Assembly (NCBI GenBank): GCA_964196275.1
Contig: CAXMSN010000001.1
Span: forward strand, 12,769 to 76,768
Origin: an uncultured Kiloniellales bacterium
Lineage (GTDB): Bacteria; Actinomycetota; Acidimicrobiia; Spongiisociales; UBA5794
Direction of reading: 5' to 3'
Length of the DNA: 64,000 bases
Part shown: one piece after another, positions 36,557-46,870 of the stretch
Layout of the letters: each line of letters opens with the position of its first letter
How positions within the stretch are numbered: position 1 is the stretch's first letter
Made by a program: the position numbers and the translations under genes
Notes under the pieces: model-generated
What the model saw: the letters and a program-made list of their open reading frames with translations, nothing else
Databases searched by the model: none
What the model was told of the DNA's origin: nothing

Positions 36557-38023
36557 ATGTCCAGATTCGCAACATCCTGTGCCCTTGTTGGCGTTTCGCC
36601 TCGGCTTGTTCGGGTCGAAACCACTCTGGGCGGTGGACGTGGCCAGTTCATCATCGTCGGGCTTCCGGACGCCTCGGTGCGCGAGTCTCGCGAGCGTGTG
36701 CGCTCGGCGATCAAGGCATCCGGATATAGATTCCCTCCGGGCAGAGTGGTGGTGAACCTCTCGCCTGCCGATCTACCGAAGGTTGGGTCCTCGTTCGATC
36801 TTGCCATCGCACTCAGCATCGTTGAGGCATCCGAGAAGATCGGTCTTGCATTCGAAGACTTCATCGCGATGGGTGAACTGTCGCTCCACGGCCAGGTGAA
36901 GGTGTCCCGAGGCGCGGTTGCAGCGGCGGCATCCGCTGCGGAAGGAGCGGCGATGGCGCTCGTCTCGTCCGATACGGTGATGCTGCCCGTGTTCGCCGAT
37001 CATGCGCGCGGCGTAAAGACGTTGAGACACGCAGTTGATGTGATCCTCGGGATCGGTTCGTCGGACGATCTGCGACCAGTCACACCGAGTCCAGCGATAC
37101 ACCCTGACCTCTCCGTTGTCCGTGGCCAGTCGGTCGCCCGGCGAGCTCTGGAGATCGCTGCGGCCGGGGGGCATCACCTCCTCATGGTCGGGCCGCCAGG
37201 GGCAGGGAAGTCACTTCTCGCATCCTGTCTGCCAGGGATCCTTCCCAGCCTGACCGAAGACGCCCAGCGTGAAGTCGGGTTGGTGTCTGCCGCGGGTGGT
37301 TCTGATCGCGATGTTGACGTGGCCATGCCGTTTCGCGCGCCCCACCACTCGATCACTATGGCAGCGCTCGTCGGAGGAGGATCGGGGATTCCGACACCAG
37401 GGGAGATCAGCAGAGCACACAGGGGCGTTCTCTTCCTCGACGAACTCGGAGAGTTTCCTCCAGCGGTCCTCGAGTCGTTGAGGCAGCCGATGGAGACCGG
37501 TTCCGTTCTGGTGTCACGCCAAGCAGGCTCGGTGAGGTTCCCTTCTGACGTCCAGGTTATCGCAGCTTCGAACCCGTGTCCGTGCGGATATCTCGGCGAC
37601 AGGCTGAAGGGATGCGAGTGCTCCGAGCCACGGCGTGATCGGTATCGGGCAAGGCTTTCCGGGCCGCTCCTCGACAGGTTCGATCTCAGGCTCACCGTGC
37701 ACCGGTTGAGGCCTCTTGACATCATCGGCCCGATTGGGGAGTCGTCCGAGACGGTTCGTGGCAGGGTGGAGACGGCACGGGATCTTCAATCTGCGCGAGC
37801 TGTTCTGAATCGGTCGCTTTCCGCCGAACAGCTCGTTCCGCTCGAGGAGCCATCCGCCTTGGGTTCCCTGATGATGTCCGAGCCGGCGGCTGAAGGGCTC
37901 ACAGCCCGCGGGTGGCATCGCATCCGCAGGGTCGCTCGAACGATCGCCGATCTTGATGGGAGAGACCTGACGACCGACATCCATTTCAAGGAAGCGTTCT
38001 CGTTTCGCGGGGAGACGTCGTGA
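36557..38023 (+). CDS. comM: YifB/ComM family Mg-chelatase-like AAA+ ATPase
   Basis: Lon-protease-like N-terminal domain, Walker A motif (GPPGAGKS), Walker B motif (LFLDELGEF) and a C-terminal ChlI-like domain. GTGA-type overlap with dprA. Confidence 0.85.
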   Translation: MSRFATSCALVGVSPRLVRVETTLGGGRGQFIIVGLPDASVRESRERVRSAIKASGYRFPPGRVVVNLSPADLPKVGSSFDLAIALSIVEASEKIGLAFEDFIAMGELSLHGQVKVSRGAVAAAASAAEGAAMALVSSDTVMLPVFADHARGVKTLRHAVDVILGIGSSDDLRPVTPSPAIHPDLSVVRGQSVARRALEIAAAGGHHLLMVGPPGAGKSLLASCLPGILPSLTEDAQREVGLVSAAGGSDRDVDVAMPFRAPHHSITMAALVGGGSGIPTPGEISRAHRGVLFLDELGEFPPAVLESLRQPMETGSVLVSRQAGSVRFPSDVQVIAASNPCPCGYLGDRLKGCECSEPRRDRYRARLSGPLLDRFDLRLTVHRLRPLDIIGPIGESSETVRGRVETARDLQSARAVLNRSLSAEQLVPLEEPSALGSLMMSEPAAEGLTARGWHRIRRVARTIADLDGRDLTTDIHFKEAFSFRGETS

Positions 38024-38877
38024 GCGACGGCGCACTCAGGCTCGCCTTCGGAGGACTCTCACCGAAGGCCGTAGACAAACACGTCGACCGACACGGCTCC
38101 ATCGACGCAGCGGTTGCAGCCATCACTCGGGGGCGAACGAAACTGAGCACGACGGTGTGCGATGAGGTACGCGTAAGCGGCCAGATTCGGACCGAAGAAC
38201 TTGCCGAGATCGGCGCAACATTCATCGAACCCTCTGACGCCGGATTTCCTGAGCGGCTCGGCGCATACTCCGACGCCCCGCGCTGGCTGTTCGCAATGGG
38301 AACGCCTCCGGATGGTCCGTCGATCGGCATTGTCGGTTCGCGAGCGTGCACGTCGTACGGTGCAGAACTTGCCGAGAAGTACGGTCGAGCGGCAGCGCAG
38401 TCCGGCTGGATAGTGGTGAGCGGTCTCGCGAGAGGCGTTGACGCTGCAGCTCATAAGGGAGCGCTCGACGTAGGAGGGTTCTGCACAGCGGTCTTCGGGT
38501 CGGGTATCGACGTCGTCTATCCGAGATCGAACAGCGGACTCCACCGGCGACTGCTCGAGGGGTCAGGTTGTGTGTTGTCCGAGTTCCCTCCAGGGACGAG
38601 GCCCGATGCGTGGCGGTTCCCGACGCGGAACCGAGTGATCGCAGGGTTGTCCGACGTGGTCCTCGTCGTTGAGGCCTCAAAACGAGGTGGCGCACTGATC
38701 ACAGCGCGCATCGCCCTCGACTATGGCGTGCCTGTGTATGCCGTGCCTGGCGACATCGACAGACCCACGTCCGCGGGGACCAACCGGCTCATCAGGGATG
38801 GCGCTTTCCCCATCTTCGGCCCGGACGATCTCAGCACCGTGCTGTCCTTGGTGACGCCGCTGATCCGGCCGAGGTGA
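38020..38877 (+). CDS. dprA: DNA processing protein DprA
   Basis: Rossmann-like DprA core (IGIVGSRACTSYG...VVSGLARGVDAAAH). Confidence 0.85.
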   Translation: MSDGALRLAFGGLSPKAVDKHVDRHGSIDAAVAAITRGRTKLSTTVCDEVRVSGQIRTEELAEIGATFIEPSDAGFPERLGAYSDAPRWLFAMGTPPDGPSIGIVGSRACTSYGAELAEKYGRAAAQSGWIVVSGLARGVDAAAHKGALDVGGFCTAVFGSGIDVVYPRSNSGLHRRLLEGSGCVLSEFPPGTRPDAWRFPTRNRVIAGLSDVVLVVEASKRGGALITARIALDYGVPVYAVPGDIDRPTSAGTNRLIRDGAFPIFGPDDLSTVLSLVTPLIRPR

Positions 38878-38945
38878 GTGGAACGAAACTGACGGTCCCG
38901 AACGTCAGAGATGTATCAAGAGCAATCACGCGTGAGGAACACCTG

Positions 38946-39179
38946 ATGATCACCATGTATGGCGCCGACTGGTGCGGCGACTGCCGAAGGGCGAAACGCT
39001 ATCTGGACCGCAACGCGGTTCCCTACGAATACATCGATGTCGCTGCGGATCCAACCGAGATCGAAACCGTCATCCGATACAACGGTGGCAGGCGAACCAT
39101 TCCGGTCGTGGTGTTCCCAGACGGCACGCATCTCACCGAACCGACCGATGCCGATCTCTCAGCGAAGCTTGCAAGCTGA
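38946..39179 (+). CDS. Mycoredoxin/glutaredoxin-like protein (CGDC active site)
   Basis: MITMYGADWCGDCRRAKRYL...RTIPVVVFPDGTHLTEP resembles mycoredoxin-1 (CGYC...VPTVKFADGSTLTNP). 77 aa. Confidence 0.65.
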   Translation: MITMYGADWCGDCRRAKRYLDRNAVPYEYIDVAADPTEIETVIRYNGGRRTIPVVVFPDGTHLTEPTDADLSAKLAS

Positions 39180-39223
39180 CAACAAACATTGACTATGCGT
39201 GGTCGTGCCGCCACCATGTGGGC

Positions 39224-40102
39224 ATGGGTGCCACCAACATCTCTACATCGATCGACGCATATCTGCAGCGGTGTGCGATCGAACGCGGTCTTTCAACGAA
39301 TACGCTCGTTGCGTATGAGAGGGACTTGACAGCCTTCAACGAGTTCTGCGCCCGGTATGGCGTGTCAGGCCTCGACGACATTGACCGAAGGCTCGTGAGA
39401 CGCTTCATCGCGAACCTCTCCACTCGCGGCTACGCATCTCGCTCAGTAGCTCGCAAGGCATCATCGGTACGAGGCTTCCTTGCGGACGCTGCGAATCACG
39501 ATCTCATCGCTGCCAATCCAGCCGAAGGCGTTCCGCAGCCAAAGACGCCGGGCACGTTACCGAAGGCGATACCGGCCGGTTCACTCGGCGCGCTGATCGA
39601 TGCCGTCGACGGTGATGAACCGGTCGATGTACGCGACCGGGCGATCCTCGAAATGCTGTACGGAACCGGCGTCAGGGTGTCCGAACTCGCTGCCCTGCGC
39701 GTCGCAGATGTGACCGCGGGTGCGTTCTTGGTGGTCACAGGGAAGGGCAACAAACAGCGTTCGATCCCCATAAGCAATACGGTGACCGATGCTGTGGAGT
39801 CGTATCTGGGCTCGCCGCGCGAGCGGTTGCTCGATGGCCGGATGAGTCCGATGCTGTGGATCGGCGTTCGTGGTGGCGATCTCTCGTCCCGCGGTATCCG
39901 CCGTGTTGTACATCACCGCGTCGGATCATTCCCTCACGCGCTTCGTCATTCGTTCGCTACGCATCTCCTCGAAAATGGGGCAGATCTGCGGTCTGTGCAG
40001 GATCTTCTGGGACACTCCGAACTCGCAACGACGCAGATATACACTGCGGTCACCCGAAAGCACCTAACAGACACCTACGAGAGAAGCCACCCGCGTGCCT
40101 GA
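39224..40102 (+). CDS. xerC: Tyrosine recombinase XerC
   Basis: N-terminal SAM-like domain (IDAYLQRCAIERGLSTNTLVAYERDL). C-terminal catalytic region with the R...HxxR...Y residues (LRHSFATHLLENGADLRSVQDLLGHSELATTQIYT). Confidence 0.85.
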   Translation: MGATNISTSIDAYLQRCAIERGLSTNTLVAYERDLTAFNEFCARYGVSGLDDIDRRLVRRFIANLSTRGYASRSVARKASSVRGFLADAANHDLIAANPAEGVPQPKTPGTLPKAIPAGSLGALIDAVDGDEPVDVRDRAILEMLYGTGVRVSELAALRVADVTAGAFLVVTGKGNKQRSIPISNTVTDAVESYLGSPRERLLDGRMSPMLWIGVRGGDLSSRGIRRVVHHRVGSFPHALRHSFATHLLENGADLRSVQDLLGHSELATTQIYTAVTRKHLTDTYERSHPRA

Positions 40103-40868
40103 CCCCCAGGAACAGGAACTGAAAGACCTCTGGACCGAGTTCAAGTCATCTGGTGATGAGCGCGCTCGCGAGGGGCTCATCCTTCACTACTCGCCGCTCG
40201 TCAAGTTCGTAGCCGGAAGGGTCGGTGCGGGGCTTCCGAAGAACGTCGACCATTCCGATCTCGTGTCGTACGGCACGTTCGGTCTCATCGACGCTGTCGA
40301 TAAGTTCGAGCCTGAACGTGGTTTCAAGTTCGAGACCTATGCCGTCAACCGAATCAAAGGTGCCATCCTCGACGAACTGCGTGCGCTCGACTGGGTGCCC
40401 CGATCGGTTCGCTCAAGGGCAAGAGAGATCCAGCGAACCATGGCGGAACTGAACCACACGCTCCAGCGGACGCCGACCGAAGAGGAAGTCGCGGAGTCGA
40501 TGGAAGTGCCACTCGACACGCTGCGGGGCCACCTCGGCGAGATCGCCAATCTCGGTTTCGTCGCGCTCGATGAACTGCTGAACCCATCAGAGAACGCGTC
40601 GGGCTCGATGACCGATGTCCTTCCGGACTCCGGCGCCATAGACCCGTCGGGAAGTTTCGAGAAGGAGGAGACCAGATACATGCTGGCCGACTCCATCAAC
40701 AGGCTTCCAGACCGCGAGCGTCTCGTCCTCACGTTGTACTACTACGAGGGCCTCACGCTCGCAGAGATCGGCGGCGTCCTCAACGTCACCGAGTCACGCA
40801 TCTGTCAGATCCATACCAAAGCAGTGATGAGCCTCCGCAACCGCTTCATAGAACCAGCGTTCAAATAG
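40095..40868 (+). CDS. whiG: Group-3 sigma-70 factor, WhiG/FliA/SigD type
   Basis: Region 2 (FETYAVNRIKGAILDELR), region 3 and region 4 HTH (LTLAEIGGVLNVTESRICQIHTKAV). Start overlaps the xerC stop by 8 nt. Confidence 0.75.
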   Translation: MPDPQEQELKDLWTEFKSSGDERAREGLILHYSPLVKFVAGRVGAGLPKNVDHSDLVSYGTFGLIDAVDKFEPERGFKFETYAVNRIKGAILDELRALDWVPRSVRSRAREIQRTMAELNHTLQRTPTEEEVAESMEVPLDTLRGHLGEIANLGFVALDELLNPSENASGSMTDVLPDSGAIDPSGSFEKEETRYMLADSINRLPDRERLVLTLYYYEGLTLAEIGGVLNVTESRICQIHTKAVMSLRNRFIEPAFK

Positions 40869-40887
40869 TCGCTCGCTTTGCTCGCCC

Positions 40888-40943
40888 CAGTAGTACGTAT
40901 TAGGTACTACGTAGTCCCGTATCCGTTATCTCCTCTGCCCGCC
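40888..40943 (+). repeat. Composite TACGTA-hairpin plus TCTCCTCTGCC element, copy 3
   Basis: CAGTAGTACGTATTAGGTACTACGTAGTCCCGTATCCGTTATCTCCTCTGCCCGCC. It begins 20 nt after the sigma-factor stop, in the rpsB leader region. Confidence 0.55.
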
Positions 40944-41062
40944 ATATCCTCTCAGCATCAAACACGATCATCGCAATCCCCGTGTGGTGCGGTCTCCGCT
41001 TGGAGAACGTTCGGGGGCTCGAAGGGTGGTCGGAAGCACAACCCGAACAAGGAGAAAACACT

Positions 41063-41797
41063 ATGGCTGTCATTGCCATGCGCGAGCTGCTTGAAGCTGG
41101 CGTCCACTTTGGTCATCAGACCTCCCGGTGGAATCCCAAGATGCGTCCGTTTATTTTCTCGGAACGCAACGGGATCCACATCCTCGACCTCCGGCAGACC
41201 CTCGAGGCTGCGGAGCAGGCATACGTGATCGCCCGTGACATCACGATCAAGGGCGGCACCGTACTCTTCGTTGGAACGAAGAAGCAGGGTCAGGCTGCGA
41301 TCGAAGAAGCTGCGAAGCGCGCTGACATGCCGTACGTCAACCACCGTTGGCTCGGCGGAATGCTCACCAACTTCCAGACGATCCACAAGCGGATTCTCTA
41401 CATGCGTGAGCTTGAGCAGATGGAATCCTCAGGCGAGATGGAGGGCCTCCCGAAGAAGGAGCGCATTCGTCTCCGCAGAGAGCTCGTGAAGCTCCAGGCG
41501 ATTCTCGGCGGTGTCCGTGATCTCCTGCGTCCCCCGGACGCCGTGTTCATCATCGACATCAACCAGGAGCACATCGCGGTTGCCGAAGCCAAGCGTCTCG
41601 GTATCCCGCTTATCGCCCTCGTTGACACGAACTGTGACCCCGACCCGGTAGACCTCGTCATTCCTGGAAACGACGACGCCATCCGCGCCGCACATCTGAT
41701 CGCCGGCGTCGTAGCCGACGGATGCATCGCTGGTGCGGAGATCGCGAACGCCAAGCGCAAGGACGCACCGCAGGTTGACACAGAAGTGAAGGAGTAG
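41063..41797 (+). CDS. rpsB: 30S ribosomal protein S2
   Basis: Starts [39 protein letters not shown]-type RBS upstream. Confidence 0.9.
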   Translation: MAVIAMRELLEAGVHFGHQTSRWNPKMRPFIFSERNGIHILDLRQTLEAAEQAYVIARDITIKGGTVLFVGTKKQGQAAIEEAAKRADMPYVNHRWLGGMLTNFQTIHKRILYMRELEQMESSGEMEGLPKKERIRLRRELVKLQAILGGVRDLLRPPDAVFIIDINQEHIAVAEAKRLGIPLIALVDTNCDPDPVDLVIPGNDDAIRAAHLIAGVVADGCIAGAEIANAKRKDAPQVDTEVKE

Positions 41798-41799
41798 CG

Positions 41800-42414
41800 A
41801 TGGCGGACTTCACGGCGAAGGACGTCCAAGCGCTTCGTCAAGCCACCGGCGCAGGCATGATGGATGCCAAGAAGGCGCTGACCGAGACCGCTGGCGACAT
41901 GGAGAAGGCAGCTGACTACCTCCGTGAAACCGGAGTTGCGTCGGCCGCGAAGCGGTCAGGTCGCGATCAGTCCGAAGGCGTCGTCGGCGTGTACATGCAC
42001 AGCCAGGCGGGAAGGCCTGTCATCGGTGTCCTCATCGGCCTCGTCTCGGAGACGGACTTCGTCGCAAAGAACGAGGAGTTCATCGCAGCGGCGAACGACA
42101 TCGCTATGCACGCGGCCGCTTCGAGGCCCCAGTGGTTGACGCGGGAAGAGGTTCCTGAGGATGCGTTGGAGAAGGAGAAGGAGCTGATCGCAGCTCAGGC
42201 TCGAAACGAAGGCAAACCAGATCAGATCGTCGAGAAGATCGTCGATGGCCGGATCGGATCCTTCTACAAGGAGAACGTCCTCCTCGATCAGGTCTTCGTG
42301 CGGTCAGATAAGTTCGAAGGAACGGTCGGGGACATGGTCCAACAACTCGCCTCCCGCATGGGCGAGAACATCTCGGTCGCTTCCATGGCTAGGGTCGCTG
42401 TCGGAGAGGGCTGA
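41800..42414 (+). CDS. tsf: Elongation factor Ts
   Basis: Starts [27 protein letters not shown]. Sits 3 nt after rpsB. Confidence 0.9.
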   Translation: MADFTAKDVQALRQATGAGMMDAKKALTETAGDMEKAADYLRETGVASAAKRSGRDQSEGVVGVYMHSQAGRPVIGVLIGLVSETDFVAKNEEFIAAANDIAMHAAASRPQWLTREEVPEDALEKEKELIAAQARNEGKPDQIVEKIVDGRIGSFYKENVLLDQVFVRSDKFEGTVGDMVQQLASRMGENISVASMARVAVGEG

Positions 42415-42418
42415 TCGA

Positions 42419-43141
42419 ATGACGAGGCGTCGTGTCGTACTGAAACTGTCCGGAGAAGCGTTTGCGGATGCTGAGATCGGATATGGAATCGATCCGACCA
42501 CCGTCGATGAGATCGCGACAGAGATCGCTGACATCTCTGCCCAAGGGCACGAGATAGCCATCGTGGTCGGTGGTGGCAACATATTCAGAGGCCTCTCTGC
42601 CGCAGCCAACAACATGGATCGTGCGAACGCCGATTACATGGGCATGCTTGCAACAGTGATCAACGCCCTTGCGATAAGGGATGCCCTCGAACGGGCTGGT
42701 GCTGAATGCCGAGTCCAGACCGCCATCAACATCCAACAGGTCGCTGAGCCATACATACGACTGAGAGCGATTCGTCACCTGGAGAAGGGTCGGATCGTCG
42801 TCTTCGCTGGTGGCACGGGTAACCCGTTCTTCACGACGGACACGACAGCCGCCTTGCGAGCTGCCGAGATCGGTGCCGATGCTGTGCTCAAGGCAACGAA
42901 GGTCGACGGGATCTACACGTCGGACCCCATGATCGATCCTTCCGCCAAGAAGTTCGACGAACTGGACTACATGCGCGCTATCTCTGACAAGCTCGGAGTC
43001 ATGGATGCCACAGCAATTACGATGTGTATGGAGAATGATCTACCGATACGGGTGTTCAACATGACAGTTCCAGGCAACATCACCAAGGCGGTCCGAGGCG
43101 AAGAGGTCGGAACGCTGGTCACAGCAGGGAGTTCCCGATGA
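42419..43141 (+). CDS. pyrH: Uridylate kinase
   Basis: Starts [17 protein letters not shown]...[11 protein letters not shown]. Confidence 0.9.
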   Translation: MTRRRVVLKLSGEAFADAEIGYGIDPTTVDEIATEIADISAQGHEIAIVVGGGNIFRGLSAAANNMDRANADYMGMLATVINALAIRDALERAGAECRVQTAINIQQVAEPYIRLRAIRHLEKGRIVVFAGGTGNPFFTTDTTAALRAAEIGADAVLKATKVDGIYTSDPMIDPSAKKFDELDYMRAISDKLGVMDATAITMCMENDLPIRVFNMTVPGNITKAVRGEEVGTLVTAGSSR

Positions 43142-43683
43142 TCAACGCTGATCTCGCCGACGCGAACACGAAGATGGACCAAGCCGTTGAGCACACGATT
43201 CATGAGTTCTCCGGAGTGCGTACCGGACGTGCGAACTCGGGTCTTCTCAGCCGCGTCATGGTCGACTACTACGGCACGAAGACGCCTCTTCAGCAGCTCG
43301 CCTCGTTCACGGTCCCCGAGGCGCGGATGCTGATCGTCCAGCCCTACGACAAGGGAGCGATTGCAGCCATCGAACGTGGCATCCAGGAAGCAGACCTCGG
43401 CTTGAATCCGTCGAATGACGGGAACATCATCAGGCTTGCGTTCCCACAGCTCACTGAGGAGCGTCGTCGCGAACTGATCAAAGTTGTCCGAGGCTTGGCC
43501 GAGGAAGGCCGGGTAGCGATCCGAAATGTTCGACGCCACTCAAAGGATGCAATCGAGGCGGAGGATGTGTCCGAGGACGACGTTCGGCGGGCGGAGAAGG
43601 AACTCCAGGAACTCACCGACAAGCACACCGCCAGCATCGATGACGCCCTTCACCGCAAGGAAGAAGAGTTGCTAGAGGTCTGA
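43138..43683 (+). CDS. frr: Ribosome recycling factor
   Basis: 181 aa beginning [23 protein letters not shown] overlap with pyrH. Confidence 0.9.
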   Translation: MINADLADANTKMDQAVEHTIHEFSGVRTGRANSGLLSRVMVDYYGTKTPLQQLASFTVPEARMLIVQPYDKGAIAAIERGIQEADLGLNPSNDGNIIRLAFPQLTEERRRELIKVVRGLAEEGRVAIRNVRRHSKDAIEAEDVSEDDVRRAEKELQELTDKHTASIDDALHRKEEELLEV

Positions 43684-43764
43684 TGGCGGATGTGCCGTCG
43701 AGCGAACCGAGCAACGGTGCGTGGTTACGCACTCTGATCCCTGATTCCGGTACCGTGGAGCGAT

Positions 43765-45678
43765 ATGCCAGATGATCCCCGCAACGACACCGAGTCCGGT
43801 GGCTTCGACGATTGGTTGTCCGAAGCGCCTGGCAAGGTCACCGACCCGTATGCCGAATCTGAGCTTGACGGACAAGATTCCGAAAATGACGAGTCTCAGT
43901 CGTCTGTCGACGATCCCGTCCTCGAGGAAGAAGCCGGGGACGACACCGAGCCGGAGTCTTCGGTCGACGATCCAGACCTCGATGAGGAGGCCAGTGACGA
44001 TGCCGAGTCGGAACACCCCGTCGCTGACGATGATGAGACGGCCGAGGCTGTACCCGACGCCGAGCCCCCGACACCTGTGGGTCCAGAAGTCGATCTGAAC
44101 AGCGACAGCGACGAGGACGATGACACGGACGAGGACCCCGTCACCAGTGTCGACGATGAGCGATCGGAGGAACAGGACGATACCGACGACACCGGAGAGA
44201 TCCCCATAGTCGAATCCGTCGAAAACGAACCAGCCGATCTCGCTCCAGAAGAGTTCCACGCCGAACCACTGGTCGAGTTCGAAGCCTTCGACGGCGGAGA
44301 CGAAGCGGACACGGGCGAACTCGAGATCGTCGCCCCCGCGCCCTTCGGTGAGATCGATTCTGGTCAGCAAGAGGCGACCCTCGTGTACGACGGGGCAGTC
44401 GAGTCGGATTCGTCCGTGCTTCCGGATGAATCTTCGGACGAGGACGAGTTGCAAGAGGATGACACATCCGAAGTGCCGATCGTTGCATGGTTCCCCGAAT
44501 CGACCGATGAGGACGTCTCGCAAAGTGACGACTTCGATCCGCTTGAGGACACCGGAGAAGCAGTCTTCGTTTCCGGTGAAGGCGCAAGTATCGCCGCAGC
44601 TGCTGCTGGATTCGGTGATCTTTGGGACGATGACTCAGTCGACGACTCATCCACCAACGACTCTCCGCAGGATGACGACGTCGAGGAGTTCACGCTCGGA
44701 GAAGGCGATCTGTTGCTAGGAGCAACTCAGGAGCACGTCGATCTTGCCGCCGCGATCGCCGCCGCTGAGAACGAGGACACCGAGCAGGTGGCGCTCGTCG
44801 CCGAGATTCCCGGGCTCGAAACGTCGGTTGTGGGCTTCGAAGATGTGGTTGAGGCTGAGGGCCACCGCCGCGTCAGGGCGAGAGCGTCGGGAGACCTCAT
44901 CGCTCGCGTCATCACCGGCATCGTTCTCGTCCTTGCGCTCGGGGCATCTCTCATCTGGCGCCCCGCTCTTGTCGTATTCGCCATAGCGGTGTTCGTTTTG
45001 GGAGCCGGCGAGTTCTACACGGCGCTCGTGCGCACAGACCGAAAGCCGATCGCCCTGTTCGGCTTCATCGGAATCATCGGTGCGAGCGTCGGCGCCTTCT
45101 TCTGGAGTGCAGTCGCGATTCCCATGGCCTTCGTGCTGGCAACCATCCTGTTGCTGCTCTTCTACGCTGTGGTACCTGGCAAGTCGGACCCGATGGGCAA
45201 TCTCGCTCTGACCACAACTGTCATGGTGTGGGCAGGTCTTGGCTCGTTTGCGATGCTCATCGCTCGCTCGGATGACTATCAGGTGCTCATCCTTGGGGTG
45301 GTTGTCGCCGTCGCGGCCGCTGACATAGCGGCGTTCTTTGTGGGTCGATCACTTGGACGCACACACTTCGCCCCATGGGTCTCGCCGAAGAAGACGGTTG
45401 AGGGACTGGTAGCGGGCATCGTGGTTGCCTTGGGCGTCGGAGCGATGCTTCACTTCTTCCCTCCCTTCGAACTCACCTCTGGCCTCGCCATAGGCGCAGC
45501 TGCAGCGTTTCTGACACCGGTCGGTGACCTCGCCATGTCCGCTGCCAAGCGATCCTTGGGCCTCAAGGACATGGGCTCAGTCCTTCCTGGCCACGGCGGA
45601 TTCCTCGATCGTATCGATGGCCTTCTTTTCGTCATTCCCGTCGCGTGGGCAGTGTTCATCTGGGCTGGCCTCCTCTGA
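43765..45678 (+). CDS. cdsA: Phosphatidate cytidylyltransferase CdsA with ~350-aa acidic low-complexity N-terminal extension
   Basis: The C-terminal ~280 aa are a polytopic CdsA core (CTP-transferase signature region SAAKRSLGLKDMGSVLPGHGGFLDRIDG). Residues 1-~350 are D/E-rich (~40% acidic) with internal repeats: SVDDPVLEEEAGDDTEPE / SVDDPDLDEEASDDAESE. Confidence 0.8.
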   Translation: MPDDPRNDTESGGFDDWLSEAPGKVTDPYAESELDGQDSENDESQSSVDDPVLEEEAGDDTEPESSVDDPDLDEEASDDAESEHPVADDDETAEAVPDAEPPTPVGPEVDLNSDSDEDDDTDEDPVTSVDDERSEEQDDTDDTGEIPIVESVENEPADLAPEEFHAEPLVEFEAFDGGDEADTGELEIVAPAPFGEIDSGQQEATLVYDGAVESDSSVLPDESSDEDELQEDDTSEVPIVAWFPESTDEDVSQSDDFDPLEDTGEAVFVSGEGASIAAAAAGFGDLWDDDSVDDSSTNDSPQDDDVEEFTLGEGDLLLGATQEHVDLAAAIAAAENEDTEQVALVAEIPGLETSVVGFEDVVEAEGHRRVRARASGDLIARVITGIVLVLALGASLIWRPALVVFAIAVFVLGAGEFYTALVRTDRKPIALFGFIGIIGASVGAFFWSAVAIPMAFVLATILLLLFYAVVPGKSDPMGNLALTTTVMVWAGLGSFAMLIARSDDYQVLILGVVVAVAAADIAAFFVGRSLGRTHFAPWVSPKKTVEGLVAGIVVALGVGAMLHFFPPFELTSGLAIGAAAAFLTPVGDLAMSAAKRSLGLKDMGSVLPGHGGFLDRIDGLLFVIPVAWAVFIWAGLL

Positions 45679-46817
45679 GACCCCTGGTCATCCTCGGTGC
45701 GACCGGTTCCATCGGGCGCCAGACAGTCGAAGTAGCAGACCGCATCGGTGCGCCCATCGTGGCGCTCGCTGCGAGGACACCTTCCAAACGCCTACTCGAA
45801 CTTGGGATTCAGTATCCCGACGCCGTCGTTTGTGTGGTTGAGCCTGGCGAAAGTGCGGATGTCTTCCGCGAAGCTCTTGGAGACAGAGCCCACTTCGGCA
45901 AGGGCGCCATGACTGAAGTGGCGGCCATGTCCGGGGCCACGGTCGTCAATGGTGTCGTTGGAGCTGCAGGTCTGGAAGCATCTCTGTCTGCGCTCTACGC
46001 AGGGAACCGCCTTGCGCTTGCCAACAAGGAGAGTCTCGTGGCGGGTGGAAGCCTCATGCGAGCGGCTCTCGAGAGCGGGGACGGGGAGCTGATCCCTGTC
46101 GACTCCGAACATTCGGCGATCTGGCAATGCATCGCAGGGGAGAACGTTGACAGCGTTCACCGGCTCATCTTGACGGCGTCAGGAGGCCCATTCAAGGGGT
46201 ACAGCCCTCAGGATCTTGAATCCGTGACGGTCGAGCAGGCCCTTGCGCATCCGACGTGGGTGATGGGCCCTCGGATCACCACGGACTCTGCGACCCTGAT
46301 GAACAAGGCGTTCGAGGTGATCGAAGCCCACTATCTGTTCGACATGCCGTACGACAATATCGATGTTGTGGTCCACCCGCAGAGCATCGTTCACTCGCTG
46401 GTCGAGTTCAGCGATGGGGTCGTGAAAGCCGAGCTGGGACACCCTGACATGCGAAAGCCGATCCAGATCGCCATGACACATCCCGACCGTGCCGCTGTCG
46501 AACATGAACCGTTCGATCTTGTCGGAGTCGATCTCACGTTCGAACGGCCAGATGTCGATTCGTTCCCGTGTCTGACACTTGGCTACGAGGCTGGGCGGGC
46601 GGGCGGTACGGCAACTGCGGTCCTGAACGCAGCTGACGAGATCGCGGTCGCGGCGTTCCTTGACGGACGTGTTCCGTTCACGGCGATCGCCCAGGTCGTG
46701 GAGTCGGTTCTCGCAGCCCATGACGTCCGCGAGCCGGAGGGCGTCGAAGATGTCGTCGATGCAGACGGATGGGCACGGCGCATGGCTCAGCAACTGTGCG
46801 AGACCACCGCCGGTTGA
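45645..46817 (+). CDS. dxr: 1-deoxy-D-xylulose 5-phosphate reductoisomerase
   Basis: LVILGATGSIGRQT NADPH-binding motif. GTG start overlaps the cdsA 3' end. Confidence 0.85.
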   Translation: MGSVHLGWPPLRPLVILGATGSIGRQTVEVADRIGAPIVALAARTPSKRLLELGIQYPDAVVCVVEPGESADVFREALGDRAHFGKGAMTEVAAMSGATVVNGVVGAAGLEASLSALYAGNRLALANKESLVAGGSLMRAALESGDGELIPVDSEHSAIWQCIAGENVDSVHRLILTASGGPFKGYSPQDLESVTVEQALAHPTWVMGPRITTDSATLMNKAFEVIEAHYLFDMPYDNIDVVVHPQSIVHSLVEFSDGVVKAELGHPDMRKPIQIAMTHPDRAAVEHEPFDLVGVDLTFERPDVDSFPCLTLGYEAGRAGGTATAVLNAADEIAVAAFLDGRVPFTAIAQVVESVLAAHDVREPEGVEDVVDADGWARRMAQQLCETTAG

Positions 46818-46870
46818 GCGATATCGGCGGTACCGTTTACCGACACTGTTGACTGAGACGGAGGCACCCG

